NCBI GenBank assembly: GCA_964521865.1 | Contig: CAZFTJ010000016.1 | Span: 20,302 to 84,301, forward strand | Length of the DNA: 64,000 nucleotides | Reading direction: 5' to 3' | Origin: an uncultured Spirochaetota bacterium | Lineage (GTDB): Bacteria; Spirochaetota; B62-G9; DRHN01 | In this document: positions 49,055-58,670 of the stretch, one piece after another | Numbering within the stretch: position 1 is the stretch's first letter | Layout: each line of letters begins with the position of its first letter | Notes under the pieces: generated by a model | Told to the model about the DNA's origin: nothing | The model's input: the letters and a program-made list of their open reading frames with translations, nothing else | Database searches by the model: none | Position numbers and translations under genes: made by a program

Positions 49055-49617
49055 AAAGATTTTTTTGCCCTTAACGTAGGAATTGATATTTTTTTTAATT
49101 CTTGATTAGAATTGATCCAAGTTTAGATTTATTATAAAATTCAAGTAAGAATACTTATTGCCTTTTTAAGCTGCGTTGTTAATGATAGAGATAAAGTTAA
49201 ACATCTGAATTACATATGTATATCCTTTCGTTTTCAAACATATCATGTTTTCATCTTATTTGTTTTTATTTTATTTACCTGTGATTTCACCCTTGTTTGA
49301 ATGCTTTAAAAGACTTATAAAAGGTTCTGTAATTTTACTCCGTATCGTTATTGCAATCAATAACTACTTGAGTGGGTTGAGGTTTAACAAATAACCTGAA
49401 TTCATATTGATTCGTGCAAAAAATTATTGTAACGCTACGGAACATAGTAAATATTTAACAGTTGATTAATATAAGAGGAGATATTTGAATACGTAATATC
49501 GATTGTCTCTGTATCCATGTATACACTGCTTATGCAGTGTAGAGAGATTATCAAGGGAATCCAAGCGTATCGGAGAAAGTTAATGATAGATAGTATTCTA
49601 TCAGTGGAGGGAGGTCC

Positions 49618-50643
49618 ATGAAATCGGCATGGGTTACAGGTAGAAACAGAATAGAGATCCGCGAGCAGGACATTTCCCATCCCGGGCCGGGAGAGGTGCT
49701 GGTTAAAATCAAGGCCTGCGGGATATGCGGCACCGACCTGCACTTCTACCGTGACTATCCCTACGGAAAACCGATCCCCCTCGGGCACGAGGTATCCGGT
49801 ATTGTCGTGGATTTTGGACCATCGGTCACGGACCTTAAAGAGGGAGCCGCTGTCGTTGTACAGAATCATGTCATATGCGGGAGGTGCGCATCCTGTCTCA
49901 ACGGCGAGTGGAACCGCTGTCTGAACATACAAACATATATGAACGACAGGGCCGGGATGGCTGAATACCTGAGAGTGCCCCGTGAAATGGTGCTGCCTTT
50001 CGAGTCTCTCGATTTCGTCCGGGCTGCGGTTGCGGAACCGGTGACTGTGGCGCTCGACCTCATGAAACAGGCCGATCTGAACATCTATCAGGATGTGCTC
50101 GTTTCGGGCCCGGGGATCATCGGGCTCGTCTGTGTGCGGATCGCAAAGCTGTCCGGAGCCGGAAAGGTTGCCGTTCTGGGGCGGGCGAAAAAATCACCGC
50201 GGGGGAGAAAACGTATGGAGACTGCCCGCCGTATGGGAGCGGACCGGGTGTACGATACAGATAAACCGGGATGGAAAGAGGAGGTCAAGAGTGATTTTCC
50301 CCGCGGATTCCAGAGAATAATCGTTACTTCTCCGCCGTCGAGCATACCCGATACCCTGGACCTTGCCTCTTTCGGAGCATGGGTGGTATATAACGGAATC
50401 AGCTTCTCCAAGGAAACGGTAACATTCAACGCAAACAGCTTTCATTTCAGGAAGCTCAGGCTCATCGCCTCCCACGCCATACCGAACTGGGGCTTTCCCA
50501 TGGCCTTCGAACTGATCAAAGATAAACAGGTCGATGCCGAGCAACTGGTTACCCACACCTTCCTCTTTCCTCATGTGGAAGATGCGGTTAAAGCAGCTTC
50601 CGCCCGGGAGCTCGAGGTGATCAAGGTAGTCGTTACCTTCTGA
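49618..50643 (+). CDS. Zinc-dependent (GroES-like) polyol/sugar dehydrogenase
   Basis: CGICGTDLH, GHE, CGRCASC...C, GPGIIG. Confidence 0.92.
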   Translation: MKSAWVTGRNRIEIREQDISHPGPGEVLVKIKACGICGTDLHFYRDYPYGKPIPLGHEVSGIVVDFGPSVTDLKEGAAVVVQNHVICGRCASCLNGEWNRCLNIQTYMNDRAGMAEYLRVPREMVLPFESLDFVRAAVAEPVTVALDLMKQADLNIYQDVLVSGPGIIGLVCVRIAKLSGAGKVAVLGRAKKSPRGRKRMETARRMGADRVYDTDKPGWKEEVKSDFPRGFQRIIVTSPPSSIPDTLDLASFGAWVVYNGISFSKETVTFNANSFHFRKLRLIASHAIPNWGFPMAFELIKDKQVDAEQLVTHTFLFPHVEDAVKAASARELEVIKVVVTF

Positions 50644-50753
50644 TCTTTTATTCCCGTATCCGTTGCGCGATCTTGATGGCTCTCATTCGCCCGCAGGCGG
50701 ATCGGCCCGCTTTTCAACGGGCGCATCCTCAACCGATGATCCGCGAGCCCGCG

Positions 50754-51989
50754 TCACCTGTCCGAGCCTATAATGTGAACAACGTTGGTGGTTGCACAGC
50801 CGCCGATGTTGAGGGTTGCAGCCCTTTTCGCCCCCGGAACCTGGTAATCGCCTGCCCTGCCCGATACCTGCAGGTACGCGTCGAGAAGCTGCCTCGTTCC
50901 GGTTGCACCGACTGGATGTCCTCCTCCTATCAATCCTCCCGACGGATTGACGGGACAGCGCCCGTTGAAATCGATGACCCCGTCTTCAATTGCCTTCCAG
51001 CTCTCACCGGGCTTTGTAAAGCCGAAATGATCGATTGCGGCATATTCAGTGATGGTGAAGCAGTCGTGGGTTTCAATGCATGCAATATCCCCGATCCCGC
51101 CGATTCCGGCACGGGTGTACGCATCCAGAATCGCTTTCCGGGTATAGGGCAGCGGGTACTCGTTTTTCCCGGCGTCCGCAATTTTGTCGTCCGTCAGGAT
51201 GGGTGCTGTCGTATGGCCCCATCCCTGTATATACGGCGTACCGTCCAGTTTCAAACCGTGCCCGACGCAATATTTTCGGGCATAGTCCTGTGAAGAAAGG
51301 AACAAAGCGGCAGCGCCGTCCGTCACCTGACAGCAGTCCGTCGTGCGGAGAGTGTTCCCGATGGCCCTGTTGAACTCACCCGTGCTGCAGGCGTGCCGTT
51401 TATTCATGTACCAGTCCCTTGTCTGCGCTTTCGGGTTTCTCTTTGCATTCGTGTAATTGATGGCTGAGATCTGTGCCAGATGCTCGTAGTCGACACCGTA
51501 CAGATCGTTGTAGAGATCGTATATACGGTCGAACAGCTTTGGAAAGGGAAAGCTGACCCACCTGCACTCCTTTTCGTAAAACGCCGCTGTTCCGAGATAA
51601 TCGCCGCCGGTCTTCGAATCGACGCTTTTCATGAGCTCTACGCCGAGTACCAGGACAAGGTCGTGAATACCGGCCTCGATTTCAGTCCGCGCGACAAGGG
51701 CCGCAATCGACCCGGAAGCGCAGGCAGCTTCGTGCCGCGCCGTGGGAATACCGCGCAGCGCAGGGTCGTAGTTTAAAACCAGTGCTCCGAAATGAGCCTG
51801 CATGGTAAAGAGTTCTCCGGCAAAGTTGCCGACATGGGCAGCCTGTATCTCCCCGGGATCGATTTCTGCAGCGGCAAACGCTCCCTCCATCGCCTCGTTT
51901 ATCATTGCCTGTACGCTCTTCCCTTCTCTCGTCCAGTTTCGCGAAAAGTCTGTCTGAAATCCTCCAAGTATGTAAACTCTTTTCCGCAT
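50754..51989 (-). CDS. Thiolase, SCP2-type (acetyl-CoA acetyltransferase)
   Basis: EAACASG, ETHDCF, GGHPVGATG. Start moved to ATG 51989 after GGGAG. Confidence 0.9.
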   Translation of the reverse strand: MRKRVYILGGFQTDFSRNWTREGKSVQAMINEAMEGAFAAAEIDPGEIQAAHVGNFAGELFTMQAHFGALVLNYDPALRGIPTARHEAACASGSIAALVARTEIEAGIHDLVLVLGVELMKSVDSKTGGDYLGTAAFYEKECRWVSFPFPKLFDRIYDLYNDLYGVDYEHLAQISAINYTNAKRNPKAQTRDWYMNKRHACSTGEFNRAIGNTLRTTDCCQVTDGAAALFLSSQDYARKYCVGHGLKLDGTPYIQGWGHTTAPILTDDKIADAGKNEYPLPYTRKAILDAYTRAGIGGIGDIACIETHDCFTITEYAAIDHFGFTKPGESWKAIEDGVIDFNGRCPVNPSGGLIGGGHPVGATGTRQLLDAYLQVSGRAGDYQVPGAKRAATLNIGGCATTNVVHIIGSDR

Positions 51990-52145
51990 GTTGTATCTCC
52001 CGTACATCCACGGTTTGTTATAATGCCGCCGGTACAGTACAGCACAGGTATTCTGAACGGAAGCCCTGCGCTATTCCCTCCTGAAGAATTGTGTCACAGG
52101 GTCCCGTACATCCAGGTGAAGGCTCACGGCTGCATGACATAGTGC

Positions 52146-53432
52146 TTAAACGGCGATAAAAAATCGCGTTATATCGGGAACCCTGCACAACTTTGTTTCC
52201 GGCAGGTTGCGCAATGCTTCCGGAACAGGCAGGTGCGCCTCCTCGATCAGGTGTACGGTTTTTTTCGGACCGCCCAGAAAATCGACCCACCCCGACGGAG
52301 GCATCCATGAGAATCCGTATGCCATAACCCTGTCGATTCCATGAATGCCGTTCTCTTCAGGAGTAACCTCACCCACCCGGAAAAAGCTGTATGAAACATA
52401 TCCCAGGATGAAATGCCGCGCTATGGACGCATCTTCCGAAGGATCGTCTTTCATTACTGAAACCGCTTTATTGTAGTTCCCATCGTGAATATACCGCTTA
52501 ATACGTTCTATCACGTCATTTTTTACATACACGGTTTTACGATATTTCAGGGTTGAAGGCTCAAGGACGTACCTTTTTTTCTTCTCGTCCGTATAGTAAA
52601 ATCCGCCGTTTTTCGGCGTTTTCAATCCCAGCATATTGCGGTCTATCATTCTCTGCAGATACTCCGGCATTTTGTACGTTTCATGTCTTTCATCACTTGT
52701 TTTTTCAAATATGTTTTGTACAATTGCACGGTGAACGTCCAGGCCGACGAGGTCAAGCGTCGTGAGCGGCGGCAGTGCCCTGCCCGTGTACGGCCCTATC
52801 AGGTAATCTGTTCTGTCGACTCCGAGACGCTCTGCATGGAGGCAGGCCTCGTTTAAGAGCTGGAATCCTATTCTGTTGCCCGCAAAACCTGGCGTATTGC
52901 GGGCAACAACGTTGACCCGCCTCAAAACGTTTTTACAAAAATCACTGACATTCTTTTTGAGCTTCTCGGAATTATCGGGATGGTATACGAGCTCGTTGGC
53001 GATGAGTTTGCCCGGCGGATTGAAAAAGTGCATTCCGAGAAAGTGGGCTTTAAAGTCGCTGCTGCGATTTTTCGCCAGCTCTTCAATCGACAGGCCCGAA
53101 GAGATGGTTGAAATAATGCTCCCATTCCTGCGGAAATTGTCGACTTTTTCCAGATAGTACCTCTTTAGATCGATGTTCTCGGAAAGGGCTTCCAAAATCC
53201 AGTCGCAGCCCGAAAGCTCTTTTTCGAGGTCGTCGTACGTTGCGGGAACGATGTATTCACGCAAAATTGTACTTTTTGCCTGTTTGACCGCTTTTTCAAT
53301 GCCCTGTTCGGCCTCGTCTATGGTTCGCTCGAAATATATACAGTGGATGTTCGCCTGAGCAAATATACCGCCGGAGAGTGAACCCATGGTGCCGTTGCCG
53401 CCCAAAACGGCAACTTTATTAATTCGGAACAT
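52146..53432 (-). CDS. 3-hydroxyacyl-CoA dehydrogenase family protein
   Basis: LGGNGTMG, EALSE, MHFFNP, PGFAGNRIG, DLVGLDV. Confidence 0.88.
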   Translation of the reverse strand: MFRINKVAVLGGNGTMGSLSGGIFAQANIHCIYFERTIDEAEQGIEKAVKQAKSTILREYIVPATYDDLEKELSGCDWILEALSENIDLKRYYLEKVDNFRRNGSIISTISSGLSIEELAKNRSSDFKAHFLGMHFFNPPGKLIANELVYHPDNSEKLKKNVSDFCKNVLRRVNVVARNTPGFAGNRIGFQLLNEACLHAERLGVDRTDYLIGPYTGRALPPLTTLDLVGLDVHRAIVQNIFEKTSDERHETYKMPEYLQRMIDRNMLGLKTPKNGGFYYTDEKKKRYVLEPSTLKYRKTVYVKNDVIERIKRYIHDGNYNKAVSVMKDDPSEDASIARHFILGYVSYSFFRVGEVTPEENGIHGIDRVMAYGFSWMPPSGWVDFLGGPKKTVHLIEEAHLPVPEALRNLPETKLCRVPDITRFFIAV

Positions 53433-53507
53433 GTGCGTTTCCCTGGGGGGTATGCTGCTTAGTCTGAATAGTGTACTGATTCGCACGTTTGCATACCCAT
53501 TTTTTTC

Positions 53508-53571
53508 TTGACAGCATCAAACAATACGATATGATGATACATATCATTACAGGATAATAGGATAATATGAT
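53508..53571 (+). promoter_or_regulatory. Promoter with palindrome and shared operator
   Basis: TTGACA-N16-TATGAT, palindrome ATGATA-CA-TATCAT (53534-53547), ACAGGATAATAGGATAATATGAT (53549-53571). Confidence 0.6.
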
Positions 53572-53640
53572 TATATTTTGCTTAACAAGCGTTTTTAATT
53601 CAGCCGCTTGAATGTTTTATTCATCCGGAGGAGCAGATGC

Positions 53641-54396
53641 ATGCCGGAATTAAGCGAAAAATCGGCTGTTGTGACCGGTTCCAGTTATGGAATCGGTAAA
53701 TCTATTGCGCTTCTTTTTGCAGAGAAAGGAGCTCGTGTACTTGTAAATTATTCTAAATCGGAAGAAAAAGCAAACGAGGTTGTTTCAGAAATAGTAAGAA
53801 AGGGAGGCACGGCGATTGCTCTGAAGGCGGATGTGTCGAAATCAGCGGATGTAAAATTGATGATGGATACGTGTCTGAAGAATTTCGGTCGAATCGATAT
53901 TCTGGTGAATAATGCGGGAATTTTACCCTTCGGACAGATCGAAGAGATCACAGATGAAATTCTGGAGCGGGTTTTTCGGGTTAATTTTTTCGGTGCGTTT
54001 TACTGCTGCAGAGAAGTCGTGCCCGTTATGAAAAGGCAAAAATACGGGAAAATCGTCAACATCTCGTCTATAGCCGGTCAGCAAGGCGATCATTCGACTG
54101 CGCCCTGTTACGGAGCTTCGAAAGGAGCTCTGTCGGTACTGACGAAATCGCTGGCCCGCCGGCTCGGACCCTCTGGAATAAATGTCAATGCCATCGCTCC
54201 GCATGCTGTGATAACACCGATGATGGATTACTGGGATGATGAAAAAAGAGAAAGGATGCGGAAAGAAATACCCGTCAGGCGCCTCGGCACTCCCAAAGAT
54301 GTTGCCGCAGCTGCGCTGTTTCTCGTATCGGATGAATCGGATTATATAACAGGGCAGATTATCGGTGTCAACGGCGGGTATCTGATGGACTCTTGA
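53641..54396 (+). CDS. Short-chain dehydrogenase/reductase (FabG-like)
   Basis: VTGSSYGIG, LVNNAG, YGASKG, NVNAIAP, GGYLM. Confidence 0.92.
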   Translation: MPELSEKSAVVTGSSYGIGKSIALLFAEKGARVLVNYSKSEEKANEVVSEIVRKGGTAIALKADVSKSADVKLMMDTCLKNFGRIDILVNNAGILPFGQIEEITDEILERVFRVNFFGAFYCCREVVPVMKRQKYGKIVNISSIAGQQGDHSTAPCYGASKGALSVLTKSLARRLGPSGINVNAIAPHAVITPMMDYWDDEKRERMRKEIPVRRLGTPKDVAAAALFLVSDESDYITGQIIGVNGGYLMDS

Positions 54397-54491
54397 TTGA
54401 TCGGATACTGTATCCTGTTAATTCATGATTCTTCAGCAGGGAGCTTTCCCGGTACAGAGGCACAGAAAGAACAGATGGTGAAAGGGGCACC

Positions 54492-55271
54492 ATGAAAGAC
54501 AACTACCCGAACGAGGAATTCCAAATCGACAGGGAGAGTCCTGTACCCTATTATCATCAGCTCAAGCTTTTTTTACTCGGCGAAATTCGATCGGGCAGAC
54601 TGAAACAGGGGCAGAAGCTGCCCTCCGAGGCGGAATTATGTAATACGTATACCATAAGCAGAACCGTGGTGCGGCAGACAATAAAGGAGCTGCAGAATGA
54701 AGGCTATTTGACAACGGAAAAGGGCAAAGGGACCTTCATTTCACGGCCCAGAATAGTTGAAGGGTTTGTGCAGAGCCTCTCTGGATTTTATGAGGACATG
54801 ATGAAGCGGGGATACAGGGTATCGACGCATATATTGAAACAGGAATTAATCCCGTCTTCGCATCATATTTCACAACAGCTTCGCATAGAAGAACGTACGC
54901 CGGTTGTCGCAATCAGCCGCATACGGAAACTGGATGATGAGCCTTCGGTATACGTCACCACGTATGTACCGCAGGAAATCTGCCCGAAGTTGCTGAATGC
55001 CGACCTGGAAAACAAATCCCTCTATTCCTTTCTCGAACAAAACTGCGGTCTTGAAATTTTCAGGGGGCACAGGTATATCGGAGTTGCCCTTGCAAACGAA
55101 TATGAAGCCTCGCTTCTGAATATAGATGTGGGATCCCCACTGATCGAGCTGGAGAGCGTCAGCTACCTCAGGGACGGGAGACCGCTTGAATACTTCCATG
55201 CGCTCCATCGGGGTGACAGAACGAAATTCGAAGTGGAGCTCGTACGATTCAAAGCCAGAGGGCGGGAATGA
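54492..55271 (+). CDS. GntR family regulator (HutC/UTRA subfamily)
   Basis: LPSEAELC..Y.ISRTVVRQ...GKGTF plus UTRA domain. Confidence 0.93.
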   Translation: MKDNYPNEEFQIDRESPVPYYHQLKLFLLGEIRSGRLKQGQKLPSEAELCNTYTISRTVVRQTIKELQNEGYLTTEKGKGTFISRPRIVEGFVQSLSGFYEDMMKRGYRVSTHILKQELIPSSHHISQQLRIEERTPVVAISRIRKLDDEPSVYVTTYVPQEICPKLLNADLENKSLYSFLEQNCGLEIFRGHRYIGVALANEYEASLLNIDVGSPLIELESVSYLRDGRPLEYFHALHRGDRTKFEVELVRFKARGRE

Positions 55272-55301
55272 CTGAATTTCTTGTTGAACAAGGATGAATG
55301 T

Positions 55302-56303
55302 ATGCCGCGAGTGAAGGAACTTACCTACGTAGAGGCGATAAACGAAGCCCTGATGGAGGAGATGACAAGGGATGAACATGTATTTATCTTTGGAGAGGAC
55401 ATCAGGGTGGGATACGGCGGCGGAGGAATATTCGGTGCGACGAAGGGTCTGGTGGAGAAGTTCGGCGAAGAACGTGTTATAGACACGCCCCTGTCGGAGG
55501 TGGCGATAACCGGAGCTGCGCTTGGTGCCGCACTTTTGGGGCTGCGGCCGATTGCGGAGATAATGTTCGGAGATTTTATATCTATCATTATGGACCAGCT
55601 CGTGAACAATGCCGCGAAGATGCGCTGGGTGTTGAATGGTGAAGTCGATGTGCCGATTGTGTACAGGACGGCATACGGCGGAGGCATAGGAGCAGGGTTT
55701 CATCATTCACAGAGCTTCGAGGCGTGGCTTGCACACGTACCGGGATTGAAGGTGGTGATGCCTTCTGATCCAGCGGATGCGAAGGGGCTTTTGAAGACAT
55801 CGATTCGGGACAATGATCCCGTTATGTTTATGGAGCACAAGCTGCTGTACAAACGGTCCAGCGGCCCGGTGGCGGAAGATGAGGTGCTGATACCTCTCGG
55901 AAAGGGCGCCGTCAAGCGGACCGGGCGGGATGTGACGATAGTTGCGACGGGGGCGATGGTCAAAAAGGCCCTCGAGGCGGCAGATGTGCTTGCAATGAAG
56001 GGAATCTCCGTGGAGGTGCTGGACCCCCGGACGATACTGCCGCTCGACGAGGAACTGATACTGGAATCGGTGAAGAAAACAGGACGCATAGTGATCGTGC
56101 ATGAGGCACCCGTATTCGGAGGTTTCGGAGGCGAGATAGCCGGGATAGTCGCGGATAAAGCCATTGATTACCTTGACGGCCCTGTAAAGAGGGTGGGGGC
56201 GCTCTTTACCCCGATTCCCAACTGGAACAAAATGGAGGAGTACTACCTCCCGGACGTGAAGAAGATTGTCGATGCAGTCAGAGAGGTGATACGGTTCGAA
56301 TGA
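55302..56303 (+). CDS. 2-oxoacid/acetoin dehydrogenase E1 beta subunit
   Basis: FGEDI, DTPLSE, EIMFGDF, HHSQSFEAW, VVMPS, FMEHKLLY. Confidence 0.93.
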   Translation: MPRVKELTYVEAINEALMEEMTRDEHVFIFGEDIRVGYGGGGIFGATKGLVEKFGEERVIDTPLSEVAITGAALGAALLGLRPIAEIMFGDFISIIMDQLVNNAAKMRWVLNGEVDVPIVYRTAYGGGIGAGFHHSQSFEAWLAHVPGLKVVMPSDPADAKGLLKTSIRDNDPVMFMEHKLLYKRSSGPVAEDEVLIPLGKGAVKRTGRDVTIVATGAMVKKALEAADVLAMKGISVEVLDPRTILPLDEELILESVKKTGRIVIVHEAPVFGGFGGEIAGIVADKAIDYLDGPVKRVGALFTPIPNWNKMEEYYLPDVKKIVDAVREVIRFE

Positions 56304-56313
56304 GGAGGTACGG

Positions 56314-57543
56314 ATGATTGAGGTGCGGATGCCCGAGGCTGGTTTCAGTATAACGGAGGGTACTGTAGTAGAGTGGCACAAGAAGGTCGGGGATGCGGTG
56401 AACGAGGGGGAAAATGTGGTGAGTGTGGAGACGGACAAGATAACGGTCGATATTCCCGCTGAAAAAAAGGGTATACTCGAAAAAGTGTTGTACAATGCAG
56501 GTGAAGTCGTGCCCGTCGGTGATGTTCTCGGCGTAATAGCGGAGTGGGGCGATAGAGTATCCGAAAGTTTCGAAAAGGGCGTTAAAAAAGACGCGGACAA
56601 AGAGATTATTCCCACCGGCAGTGTACGCAATACAGCAGTCGGAAGAGACGGGAGAAAAATTTCGCCCGCCGCCAGGGCAACAGCCAGGGTGCATGGTATT
56701 GATGTAACCGGGATAAAAGAGGGAAGCGGACCGGGTGGAAGGATCGTCAAGACGGATGTGCTTTCCTATCTGGAAAAAATCAAAGACAGAGAAGTGAAGA
56801 AGGTTTTTTCCGAACAGAAGGCTTTGAAAGGAAAATTCACGGGTACCGCCGATACGAAAGAGAGGAGGGTGGAGTTTACAGGCTGGCGCAGGGTAATAGC
56901 GGAGCGCATGGTTAAGAGCACCACCGAGGTGCCCCATTACATGATGTCGGTTGACGCCGATGTGACTGAGCTCGGGGCGGTTGTGGAAAGACTGCACGTA
57001 AAGGAGGGTCTTCACATAACCTATCTGCCCTTCATGATGAAAGCGATCGAGGCGGGCATTGAAGATGAGCCGCTGATAAACGCCTGGTGTGACGGAAGCG
57101 GGTATACTATCAAGGAGGATCTGAATATAGGAATAGCGGTAGATCTCGGGGAGAAACTTCTTGTGCCGGTGGTGAAAGATGTGCGTGGAAAGTCTGTGCT
57201 GGAATTGACGGGGGAGCTCGAGGAGTTGATACGGAAAACACGTCAGGAAAACCTTGAGACTGCTGATGTGGAGGGAGGCACGATTACACTGACCAATGTG
57301 GGGATGTTTGCGACATCATATGCAACATCGGTCATAGTGCAGCCGCAGGTTGCAATCGTATACATGGGTACTGCGACCGAAGCTCCCGGCGTAATGGACG
57401 GTGCAGTTGCGGTCAGGAAAAAAATGACGTTCGGAGCGACGTTCGACCACAGGGTGGTAAACGGCGCTGCCGGCGGGAGGTTTCTCAAGAGAGTCAAGCA
57501 ATGTCTGGAGGATACGGGGGAACTGGCGGCGAGGCTGCGGTAA
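56314..57543 (+). CDS. Dihydrolipoamide acyltransferase E2
   Basis: Lipoyl motif VETDKITVDIP, E3-binding domain (SPAARATA...GPGGRI), TFDHRVVNG. Confidence 0.93.
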   Translation: MIEVRMPEAGFSITEGTVVEWHKKVGDAVNEGENVVSVETDKITVDIPAEKKGILEKVLYNAGEVVPVGDVLGVIAEWGDRVSESFEKGVKKDADKEIIPTGSVRNTAVGRDGRKISPAARATARVHGIDVTGIKEGSGPGGRIVKTDVLSYLEKIKDREVKKVFSEQKALKGKFTGTADTKERRVEFTGWRRVIAERMVKSTTEVPHYMMSVDADVTELGAVVERLHVKEGLHITYLPFMMKAIEAGIEDEPLINAWCDGSGYTIKEDLNIGIAVDLGEKLLVPVVKDVRGKSVLELTGELEELIRKTRQENLETADVEGGTITLTNVGMFATSYATSVIVQPQVAIVYMGTATEAPGVMDGAVAVRKKMTFGATFDHRVVNGAAGGRFLKRVKQCLEDTGELAARLR

Positions 57544-57661
57544 CTTGGGATGATGCCCGCGCCATTACGGAAGGTTTTTTCTGCAAAAAAAATTAAATCA
57601 CCAGATCTCATTATTGGAGTGCATCCGTTTTTACGGTGATTGTATAAATGGGGAGCAATGC

Positions 57662-58645
57662 ATGAAGGTCGGAGCTCGGGATAAAAAAAAGATGATGTAC
57701 TGGCTCGTTCTCGGGAGAAGGATAGAGGAAAAGATAACTGTGCTGTTCAAGGAGGGGCGGCTCAGGGGTCATCATCATCCGGGAATAGGGATAGAGGGTA
57801 TACATGTCGGAACGTGTTACGGGTTGAGCAGGGAGGACGACTATGTGGTGCCCTCCCATCGGGGGAAGCTGCCGGAGCTGATGATGGGAGTAGAGCTGCG
57901 TGATTTGATGGCGGGATATTACAACAGGCGCGAGGGACTCGGCGGCGGGCGCGTACCGACAGGATCGCACATGTACGGAGATATAAAGAAGCATGTAATA
58001 CCGGGAACAGGGATTATAGGGTCTCTGATACCTGTGGCGACAGGCGCCGGACTGGGGCTGAAGCTGAAGCATGAGAGGGGAGTTGTTGTTGCGTTTTTCG
58101 GGGACGGTGCAGCAAACAGGGGAGATTTTCATGAAGGTATTAATATGGCCGCGGCGTTCAGGCTTCCGGTCTTGTTTGTGCTGACCAACAATAAGTACTC
58201 GATATCCGTGCCGGTTGAAGAGGCGACCGGTATGGAGCGGCTGTCGACGCGCGCCGCAGGATACGGCATACCGGGGAAAACATTGGACGGGTCGGATGTT
58301 CTCGGCATATACCGTGAAACTGAAAAGGCGATAAAACGGGCGCGAGAGGGGAAGGGGCCCACATTGCTCGAGTGTATGTGGCACCGGTGGACCGGGCATT
58401 CGATAAGTGATGCCGACATATACAGAACCGATGAAGAGAGGAAAGAGGGTGAGAAACACTGCCCGGTTGCGGCATTCAAAAAGCAGCTGCTTGCGGATGG
58501 CGTGCTGACGTCGAAGGAGTATGAGGATATAGAGAAGCGGGCTGCTGAAACGATCGAGGATGCAGTTCAACACAGTGAAGAGGAGTGCACCGACCCGGAC
58601 CCGGCCGATATACTCAGAGGCGTCTACGATGAAAAGGGGTCCTGA
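57662..58645 (+). CDS. 2-oxoacid/acetoin dehydrogenase E1 alpha subunit
   Basis: GRLRGHHH, TPP motif GDGA...TNN, RWTGHSISD. Start moved to ATG 57662. Confidence 0.93.
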   Translation: MKVGARDKKKMMYWLVLGRRIEEKITVLFKEGRLRGHHHPGIGIEGIHVGTCYGLSREDDYVVPSHRGKLPELMMGVELRDLMAGYYNRREGLGGGRVPTGSHMYGDIKKHVIPGTGIIGSLIPVATGAGLGLKLKHERGVVVAFFGDGAANRGDFHEGINMAAAFRLPVLFVLTNNKYSISVPVEEATGMERLSTRAAGYGIPGKTLDGSDVLGIYRETEKAIKRAREGKGPTLLECMWHRWTGHSISDADIYRTDEERKEGEKHCPVAAFKKQLLADGVLTSKEYEDIEKRAAETIEDAVQHSEEECTDPDPADILRGVYDEKGS

Positions 58646-58670
58646 TGTAAAACCAGGAGAGGTTCAGGCT

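Noticed and set aside
49060-49125. Possible third leader peptide (TWINSNQ...) upstream of the TauE gene
   Set aside because: An in-frame stop precedes it, it has no start codon, and it lacks the DPP motif.
38448-49600. Prophage or integrative element as the source of the AT-rich block
   Set aside because: No integrase, transposase, phage gene or terminal repeat recognised; only composition supports lateral origin.
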